Shown here: piece by piece, positions 7,909 through 14,400 of the stretch
Position numbering within the stretch: the stretch's first letter is position 1
Layout: each line of letters opens with the position of its first letter
From: Bordetella parapertussis
GTDB lineage: Bacteria > Pseudomonadota > Gammaproteobacteria > Burkholderiales > Burkholderiaceae_B
Direction of reading: 5' to 3'
Assembly (NCBI GenBank): GCA_945897365.1
Contig: CAMDFD010000008.1
Span: 1 to 32,000 of the forward strand
Length of the DNA stretch: 32,000 nucleotides
Made by a program: the position numbers and the translations under genes
Notes under the pieces: generated by a model
What the model was told of the DNA's origin: nothing
Database searches by the model: none
What the model saw: the letters and a program-made list of their open reading frames with translations, nothing else

Positions 7909-8574
7909 GTGTTTAAAGAAGAAGATTTTGTCCCAAAGACAACAGCTGACTTGGTATTTGGCAACGCTCAATCTAAGTCGCTACTGGATGACTTGATCAG
8001 TGGTAACTATCCGTTTCCTGCCGTTGGCAAATGTGGAATTTTGCTGTGGGGAACTTGGGGTACTGGTAAGACTGCTGCTGCCAAGATCATTCCAGATGCG
8101 ATGGAAACTGCTCAGTTCAGCACAGACTCAAACTGGCACTTCGAACCTTGCGTAGCAGGTGGTAATGGACCTGCGCTCCTGAATCGGCTGGATAATCAAA
8201 CCCAGTTCGTTTCGTTCAACGCTAGTGGTCGTCATTACATCGTGTTAGATGAGGTTGATAACTTGACTGCAAATGCACAGTTGCATTTGAAATCAATTAT
8301 GAATCGTAAGGATGTTGTTTGGATTATGACTACCAACTACATCACGGGGATTGATCAAGGCGTTCAAAATCGATGTCATTTGATAGAGATGAATGCAGCT
8401 GACGCATCTGCGTGGTTGCCGCTGTGCCGGCGTGTGCTGGCATCTTGCGGTTCGGCACCGTTGCCAGACGCGGTTTTGCTACCAATCATTACAGCAGGCA
8501 AGGGTTCGGCGCGAGAGATCATCAACTCAGTAGCTCAAGTTGCTTTTGATCGAGCAAGAAAACAAGCCACGTAG
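7909..8574 (+). CDS. Clamp-loader-clade (RFC/DnaX-like) AAA+ ATPase lacking a collar domain (221 aa)
   Basis: It has Walker A GTWGTGKT, Walker B YIVLDEVD followed by LTANAQ..LK..M, sensor-1 MTTN, and NRC in the position of the clamp-loader SRC arginine-finger motif. The GTG at 7909 has GGAG 6 nt upstream; the track's start is a TTG at 7897. Confidence 0.8.
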   Translation: MFKEEDFVPKTTADLVFGNAQSKSLLDDLISGNYPFPAVGKCGILLWGTWGTGKTAAAKIIPDAMETAQFSTDSNWHFEPCVAGGNGPALLNRLDNQTQFVSFNASGRHYIVLDEVDNLTANAQLHLKSIMNRKDVVWIMTTNYITGIDQGVQNRCHLIEMNAADASAWLPLCRRVLASCGSAPLPDAVLLPIITAGKGSAREIINSVAQVAFDRARKQAT

Positions 8575-8577
8575 GTT

Positions 8578-8597
8578 ATGTCCTTTCAAAAGGACAT
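8578..8597. repeat. Perfect copy 3 of the 20-bp palindromic motif ATGTCCTTTCAAAAGGACAT
   Basis: It begins 3 nt after the stop codon of the AAA+ gene. Confidence 0.85.
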
Positions 8598-8672
8598 TGA
8601 CGTTGCCTTCTATTTTTTAGCCAATTCACTAATCTCATTCAAATCACAGATTTTTAATTCAAAGGACTAAAA

Positions 8673-8987
8673 ATGAAACAGTTTCAATCTGACGCAATCC
8701 CTCACACTTGTGCAGACGCAAAAATCAACAAGCTGCGATATGTCGACGCTGTATTCGCGTTAGAAGTAAAAAATGCAAAATATCGTGGAGCAGTTTTTAG
8801 CGGCATCATCGAACTTGTGAACGGGACTGACAGCATTCGTAAGTACAAAGGCACTGACCGCGCAAATGTCAAGCTAGCTTGGTTTGGTCAGGAGCTCAAA
8901 AAGCGTAATCCGTTCGTCAATCTAGCTAACGCAGAAATAACACTATTGCCTTGCTATACAGGTAAGGTTGTAGCGTCATTGGGGTAA
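8673..8987 (+). CDS. Hypothetical protein (104 aa)
   Basis: An ATG has AAGGA 7 nt upstream. I recognise no motif. Confidence 0.5.
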   Translation: MKQFQSDAIPHTCADAKINKLRYVDAVFALEVKNAKYRGAVFSGIIELVNGTDSIRKYKGTDRANVKLAWFGQELKKRNPFVNLANAEITLLPCYTGKVVASLG

Positions 8988-9040
8988 AAGTAATGGTAGA
9001 TATGATGATCCAGTTAGCTAAACTTGTCTCTGTGGTTTGA

Positions 9041-9238
9041 AAGAGCGGGCACGCACAAGCGGGCACTCCACTCACCAAGTTCCAAGCCTTGGGTGGATGG
9101 CTCACGATACAGATGGTCATGCGTTATGCCCACCTGTCTCCGGTGCATCTGACCGAGCGCGGAAGCAATGTACTATTTACGGCACAGCCAGCCCTAGAAA
9201 CACAAAAGCCACCGACAATGGTGGCTTTAAGTGCATGA
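9041..9238 (+). pseudogene. C-terminal remnant of a tyrosine integrase gene
   Basis: The frame starting at 9041 reads KSGHAQAGTPLTKFQALGGWLTIQMVMRYAHLSPVHLTERG...*. This is the typical integrase C-terminus (GTPL..LQ.LGGW....MV.RYAHL, including the catalytic Tyr). A stop lies immediately upstream at 9038-9040 and there is no N-terminal part. The hairpin AAAGCCACC/GGTGGCTTT at 9205-9228 overlaps its end. Confidence 0.75.
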
Positions 9239-9249
9239 TTTTACTAGGA

Positions 9250-9297
9250 AATACTGATGCCCCCCCCGTGAGTCGAACACGGCACCAACGGATGATG
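9250..9297 (-). repeat. 48-bp repeat M1 containing a tRNA(CAU)-like 3' end (degenerate CCA)
   Basis: On the reverse strand it reads anticodon loop CAT, stem TCCGT, T-arm CCGTG-TTCGACT-CACGG, acceptor GGGGGGC, then A-TCA. It has 2 mismatches to 13584-13631. Confidence 0.75.
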
Positions 9298-9389
9298 GGG
9301 GGCGGGCGCTCTAAGAAAAACCACTAGGATTTCAAGAGCTAAGTTAATCCTCCATTTTAAGATACACGGTCAGCAGAGTTGAAAGCTCG

Positions 9390-11057
9390 CTACGTCTTGG
9401 TGCCCAGTAAGGGAAACATTTCATTCGCAAACTCACCGGCAACCTTTAATGCCTGAGCGCCTGTAATTTTGGCATTCGGATCTTTAGGTAAGGAAGGCAC
9501 AGCATACCCAGTACGATGCGCAAATTTTATGATCGCTGGAATCATCGCCTGGGCTAACTCTGAATAGGCAGTGTCCAAATTATTAGGATCAGGTGCAACG
9601 TAAGGAGGGGCAGGCCTAGCCATGAGGTTGGGCCAAGTGCTAGGGTCCCGTGGCGTTTTTAAGTTGAAACAGGTTTCCAATGTTCTAGCACTTGCATCAC
9701 GTTGAGTAAACGGCTGACCTAAGTCCCAGACTTTGCGTAGAGTCGCAATCATGGAGGTATGTCGAAACTCTTGAGTAAACACAGTCTTTTCAGAAATCCA
9801 AGGCGAGATCATGATTGCCGGAGTCCGATAGCCCGACCAAGTGAAATCAAAATCATATTGAGCCTTGGGGGCAGAGGCCTCAGGAGCAGGCACCCGCGAA
9901 GGTGGCACGTGATCGTAGGTGCCACCGGGCTCATCCCATCCAATAAACAATGTTGTATTCAAGACATTCGCACCCGCTTGCTTCGTACCCATTGCCTTGT
10001 AAGCGTTATAAATACGAGACAAAAAAACTTCTCCACTCAGTACCGATGACGGGGGATCTAGTGCCAGGTTCTGACCCGCCATAATGGCCATGCCAGCACT
10101 GGGATGATAGTCAGCATGTCCATTGACCAGCGGCGGCTCAATAAATGCAAAATTAGGTAGTGTGCCATTCGCACAGTCTTTTTCATACTCAGAAAAAGGC
10201 ACGATATGAGTCGCAAAATACTTTCGTAGTACAGGCATACTTACCAAACCTGTAAAGGATAGTGGGTCAGGCTGTCCCACATAAATTTTCCAAGTTTTAC
10301 CTTTTTCAGAGAGGCGATTAAAAATAGTTTCTGCCTTGTTATCAATCAGAAAATTATCGGCTGGCGAGTTAACGACAAAACCAGACGAGGTGCCCGCCAC
10401 CCAAAAAGAACGGTTGGGAAACGTCTGCGATGGCACTTCTGAAAACCAATGATCAAAACAAGAAAACCCTCTGGCTAAGCCAGTAATCACTGGAATTTGC
10501 TCTGGCACAAAGCCAGTCATGATTTCAGAGTACTCTTTATAAGTCGGCTGGCGAAGATGATCAGCGGTAAAGTTGCTGATGTAATCTGCAACAAAGCCTT
10601 GCATATTGGGGATGGAATCAGGTGACTGCGGAGCATTCCAAGGGGCAGCCATATCTTTACCCATCTTGAACTTATTATGTTCATCAACGGTATTGAACAT
10701 CTGCGTCAGGGTATGAGGATATTCTTCACCAGGATCGGATGTGGGCGAATTCATCGAGGTTGCCACCCCGTAGTGAACCCTCCCATCAGGCGACTGATGC
10801 TGAGCCCAAGAGGGAACTGAATTACTCAGCTTTTTACCTACGACACCCTCAAATTGCGGCACCTCACCCTGCTGGTACAAGTACCCTAAAATATTATCGA
10901 AAGAGCGATTCTCAAATAGCACCAAAATCACATGATTCATCGCACTATCTTTAGTTAACTCAGTTTTGAGCTCAGCAAGTGCGGGATTTCCGAGAGCAAC
11001 TGCAGCGCTTCCTGCTGCAGTCGTTTTAAGAAACTTTCGACGATTAAAGGCATTCAT
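9390..11057 (-). CDS. Tat-exported phosphoesterase family protein (phospholipase C / AcpA acid phosphatase type)
   Basis: The N-terminus is twin-arginine, MNAFNRRKFLKTTAAGSAAVALG..ALA. The hallmark VLFENRSFDNILG is present. The protein is 555 aa from the ATG at 11057 (GGAG upstream); the track's start at 11069 is a TTG. Confidence 0.85.
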   Translation of the reverse strand: MNAFNRRKFLKTTAAGSAAVALGNPALAELKTELTKDSAMNHVILVLFENRSFDNILGYLYQQGEVPQFEGVVGKKLSNSVPSWAQHQSPDGRVHYGVATSMNSPTSDPGEEYPHTLTQMFNTVDEHNKFKMGKDMAAPWNAPQSPDSIPNMQGFVADYISNFTADHLRQPTYKEYSEIMTGFVPEQIPVITGLARGFSCFDHWFSEVPSQTFPNRSFWVAGTSSGFVVNSPADNFLIDNKAETIFNRLSEKGKTWKIYVGQPDPLSFTGLVSMPVLRKYFATHIVPFSEYEKDCANGTLPNFAFIEPPLVNGHADYHPSAGMAIMAGQNLALDPPSSVLSGEVFLSRIYNAYKAMGTKQAGANVLNTTLFIGWDEPGGTYDHVPPSRVPAPEASAPKAQYDFDFTWSGYRTPAIMISPWISEKTVFTQEFRHTSMIATLRKVWDLGQPFTQRDASARTLETCFNLKTPRDPSTWPNLMARPAPPYVAPDPNNLDTAYSELAQAMIPAIIKFAHRTGYAVPSLPKDPNAKITGAQALKVAGEFANEMFPLLGTKT

Positions 11058-11367
11058 CTCTAACTCCAATTTAAAATTCAGATATCACGGAAAGTGCGAG
11101 GCCAGCCATCGTTTTCTTCAATGCACGCATCACTTTCCCTACACAAGAAGTTGATTACTTCAGTGGCCTTTCCGCCTTGAGAGCGTGAGCCTTGCGGGCA
11201 AAACGTATGATGCTTAAAAACAGAGCAACTGCCTCTTTCACTCGCACGACTGTAGGCTATTGGCTTAGCAATACGAATGTACTTTGGTACAGTTTTGCCG
11301 CAATAACCCTAAATGGTTTACGCTATCAACAGGTTTTTTCTCTGACGTTTTTATTGATGCTGAGAAT

Positions 11368-12810
11368 ATGAATGCGTTTGCCGTCCTGAGCCTGATCTAC
11401 TTTCTCTTCACGATCATTTCAAGCATTATTTTGTACTGCTCGTTCAGAAAAAAATTAGACGCATCTGCGATTTACTTTTTGCTGTCTGAACTTTCAATGG
11501 CGACTACCTGCGCGGCCATATTTCTGGTCAACATACAGGTGATTGACGTCAATGCCACTTCAATTGGCATCCCAAATTTCGGGGCGTTAGCCGCCGAACT
11601 CTGCATTCTGTTTAGTCTGCTATCGATCGTGAAGCCGGTTAGCCGACGATGGTTTATCTTAGCCATTTCAATGCTGGGCTTAATGACCATACTTCTTGAA
11701 TCAATGAGAAGCCCAACGGAATATCGCATGGTGATTCTGGTTAACGCCATGGCTCTAACCTGCCTGTTCGTCATCAACTACTTTCTTTGTCGACGCAAAT
11801 TACTGCCGTTGTTACAGACGAATGGGTTTATGCGCCTATTTGGATGGTTTGAATTAGGCTTAGTAGGTTTTGGTTTGCTGCGATTGCTCGGAAGTTTTAT
11901 CGGAACACCGGTCATCCCAAGAGAGGTGCCAACTCAACTGGCGATTATTACGTTTGCGCTATATTTGGTGGTCGGCACTTTCCGCTATTTGTGCTACGTC
12001 GGATTTCGGATGACCTGGGTAGATCCAAATAATCCATCTGAGAATTTTCTCAACAAACCTTTAGTGAAGGCCATCGAAGAAAAACAACAATTTTTACAAG
12101 GGTTCATTGCATCAAATCGCATGATCGGCGTGAGTGCCCTAGCGAGTTCCCTCGCCCATCAGCTCAGTCAACCACTCACAACGATTGCATTCAGAGCTGC
12201 AACAACTCGACGAGAGTCAATTGAATCCGAGGAAAACTCTAATTTGATTGCCTCTCTAAATGAAATCAGTACTCAGTCAGAAAAACTTGCTGATCTCGTT
12301 CACAATCTCAGAAAATTATTTGGCGCTAAAAGCGATCAATTTAAAATCATCAATCTTCAAAAAATTACGAATGAAATTCTTGAAATCATTGCGCCTACGC
12401 TTGAGCAGAAAAAAATCACTTTACTTGTCAAATACCAAATAAATCCAATGGTCTTTGGCGATAGCGTTCAATTGCAACAAGTACTTATCAATATATTCAA
12501 CAATGCAAGCGAGGCACTGAGCGAGATTGGGGTTAAAGAGCGAGAGATTTCAATTACGCTAAGCGAACGTGAACAATTAGCGGTCATGACGATCGCCGAT
12601 AATGGTCCAGGTATCAATTCAGCAATACTTTCATCTATGTTTGAGCTTTACAACACCACAAAAGAGAACGGCTTAGGAGTTGGTCTGTGGCTTAGCAAAA
12701 TAATTATTGAAAAGCATCAGGGTCAAATTCGCGCATTTAATCGTCCCAACGGTGGAGCCATATTTGAAATTGAATTACCTCTACATGAGGCGGAGAAAAA
12801 AACGCAATGA
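11368..12810 (+). CDS. Sensor histidine kinase with a 7-TM N-terminal domain
   Basis: Seven hydrophobic helices precede the H-box SSLAHQLSQPLT, N-box NIFNNASEA, and G-boxes DNGPGI and GLGVGLW. The start is uncertain (ATG 11368 versus TTG 11284). Confidence 0.85.
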   Translation: MNAFAVLSLIYFLFTIISSIILYCSFRKKLDASAIYFLLSELSMATTCAAIFLVNIQVIDVNATSIGIPNFGALAAELCILFSLLSIVKPVSRRWFILAISMLGLMTILLESMRSPTEYRMVILVNAMALTCLFVINYFLCRRKLLPLLQTNGFMRLFGWFELGLVGFGLLRLLGSFIGTPVIPREVPTQLAIITFALYLVVGTFRYLCYVGFRMTWVDPNNPSENFLNKPLVKAIEEKQQFLQGFIASNRMIGVSALASSLAHQLSQPLTTIAFRAATTRRESIESEENSNLIASLNEISTQSEKLADLVHNLRKLFGAKSDQFKIINLQKITNEILEIIAPTLEQKKITLLVKYQINPMVFGDSVQLQQVLINIFNNASEALSEIGVKEREISITLSEREQLAVMTIADNGPGINSAILSSMFELYNTTKENGLGVGLWLSKIIIEKHQGQIRAFNRPNGGAIFEIELPLHEAEKKTQ

Positions 12811-13463
12811 AGGGGATGCGGGTCATCATTGTTGAGGACGATGCAGCGCTGAGGTTAAGCCTGACCGCGTGGCTTTCAAAGGACTATGTAGTGAGTTATT
12901 TTGAGTCTGCTGAAGCTTTACTCGAAGCACTCAAGGACTTTAAATTTGAAGATGGGTTGCCCACATGCATGCTGCTAGACTTTCAAATGCCGGGCATGAA
13001 CGGCGTTGAGCTACAAGCTCAACTTCATCGGATGGGTATTGAATATCCAGTCATCTTCATGAGCGGCAATGCATTACAAGCCGATATCATTGATGCCTGG
13101 CACGGAGGGGCCGTTGATTTTCTACTCAAGCCATTTAATGTCGACAAATTAAACGAAACTTTTTTAGCACTTTTTCAAAAGTGTGAAGACATAAAATCTT
13201 CTTTTCCACCGGCGATTCATAAAGAGGCGGTGGTAAATATCCCCATCAGTCCACGCGAGGCTCAAGTACTTTTGTTGCTCGGCACAGGTCATAAGCAACA
13301 CGAAATTGCGGAGATGCTACATGTCACTCTTCGAACAATCAAATGGCATAGAGCCAACCTGAAGGATAAGCTTGACTTAAACACGCTTGTTGAATTAGCA
13401 AGATATTGCATTGAAAATCGTGCATCAATAGAAAATATTGCAACGCGTAAGCTGAAACATTAG
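12807..13463 (+). CDS. Response regulator, REC plus LuxR/FixJ-type HTH
   Basis: It has VIIVEDD, LLDFQMPGMNG and LLKPF (receiver domain), then a C-terminal SPREAQVLLLLGTGHKQHEIAEMLHVTLRTIKWHRANL. Its ATGA start overlaps the kinase stop. Confidence 0.9.
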   Translation: MKGMRVIIVEDDAALRLSLTAWLSKDYVVSYFESAEALLEALKDFKFEDGLPTCMLLDFQMPGMNGVELQAQLHRMGIEYPVIFMSGNALQADIIDAWHGGAVDFLLKPFNVDKLNETFLALFQKCEDIKSSFPPAIHKEAVVNIPISPREAQVLLLLGTGHKQHEIAEMLHVTLRTIKWHRANLKDKLDLNTLVELARYCIENRASIENIATRKLKH

Positions 13464-13583
13464 TCGTTCGCTCGCCCTAGGGTGCCGCGGGTGGCACCGA
13501 GAACCAGTAAAAGCAGACAGAGCGGTAGCATGACTCAGAAAAGAAAAACGGATTTGAGAGCAAACCGCCCGCAAACCCGCATC

Positions 13584-13633
13584 AATACTGGTGCCCCCCC
13601 CGTGAGTCGAACACGGCACCAACGGATTATGAG
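13584..13633 (-). repeat. Repeat M2 containing a tRNA(CAU)-like 3' end with an intact CCA
   Basis: On the reverse strand it reads CTCATAA-TCCGT-TGGTG-CCGTG-TTCGACT-CACGG-GGGGGGC-A-CCA. The sequence 5' of the anticodon loop cannot form the D-arm or acceptor stem, so this is a fragment. Confidence 0.8.
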
Positions 13634-13691
13634 AGCGCATACTCTAGCTAGCATAGCAACAAAGTTGCACGTCTGCAGCATAGCGTTTACC

Positions 13692-13778
13692 AACTGTACA
13701 CGCAACGTGTGTTTTAACTGTACGTAACTGTGCAAAACTGTGCATACAAGCGTGTGTAAATGTACTGGTATTTGTGCA
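13692..13778 (+). repeat. Array of AACTGTRCR nonamers (iteron- or arm-site-like)
   Basis: The copies are AACTGTACA at 13692, AACTGTACG at 13716, AACTGTGCA at 13726 and AACTGTGCA at 13736; the last three have exact 10-bp phasing. Weaker copies are AAATGTACT at 13758 and ATTTGTGCA at 13770. Confidence 0.5.
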
Positions 13779-14201
13779 CCATAATTCAAATTACATTGGC
13801 TTAATCGACAACAAGCATTTAACGTAGCAAGCGTGTACGCACCAATTCAACGAACTGCTACGTTTTAATGGACACGGGACGCTGTATGAATTGCGACCAA
13901 TTTCCTAGACACTCGCTAGCTTCTGGTTAAACTACCATCCGAATTTTACTGACGAGGTAATTATGATTGTGAGCAAGAGTCGTTACTACCCTGCGAACGA
14001 AGGGGTGGAATGGTACGGACTTCACGAAATATTTAAATGCGATGCAAGCTGGGATGGTCGTTTATGATCCCGGACCCAAGTTAACCGATGCTAGTACTGA
14101 TCGATCGAGGGTTAAAGCACGCAGCCAATTCCGTATTTCTGTAAAAAACCTGTCGATTCTTTATGAGAAATTTGAAGATGTTGCATTCTGATTTTTAACT
14201 T

Positions 14202-14221
14202 TTGTCTTTTCAAAAGGACAA
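14202..14221. repeat. Copy 4 of the 20-bp palindromic motif (TTGTCTTTTCAAAAGGACAA)
   Basis: It matches the consensus at 17 of 20 positions and has the same TTCAAAA centre orientation. Confidence 0.7.
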
Positions 14222-14340
14222 AACTAACTTATTCCCCAGCTAGTAGCCTGTGCCTGCGTCGGCTCTGCAGCATGTCAATATTCATCTCCCCTGACAGTGG
14301 CCGAGCGTAAAATCGGTCAATCATTTCAACACTGGTTCAA

Positions 14341-14363
14341 CCGTCCCGTAACTAGACGCTTGA
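14341..14363. repeat. CGTCC-N7-GGACG family, copy ii (CCGTCCCGTAACTAGACGCTTGA)
   Basis: It matches 15548-15570 at 22 of 23 positions. The single difference (A for G) breaks the palindrome. Confidence 0.6.
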
Positions 14364-14370
14364 TCATTCG

Positions 14371-14396
14371 GTCATGTCCTTTCAAAAGGACATGAC
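14371..14396. repeat. Copy 5 of the palindromic motif, extended to 26 nt (GTCATGTCCTTTCAAAAGGACATGAC)
   Basis: The 20-bp core at 14374-14393 is perfect, with 3 extra paired bases on each side. It ends 4 nt before the integrase stop codon. Confidence 0.85.
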
Positions 14397-14400
14397 TCAT

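Noticed and set aside
9037-9327. The 96-aa ORF here and the 81-aa ORF at 13482-13727 share the peptide APPVSRTRHQR, which looked like a duplicated small protein.
   Set aside because: The shared peptide is simply the translation of the 48-bp tRNA-derived repeat. The real coding signal at 9041-9238, the integrase C-terminus, is in a different frame.
13589-13670. This could be a complete tRNA-Met/Ile2 gene on the minus strand.
   Set aside because: Only positions 32-76 fold (anticodon loop, T-arm, acceptor 3' strand, CCA). The sequence where the 5' half should be cannot pair with GGGGGGC or form a D-arm.
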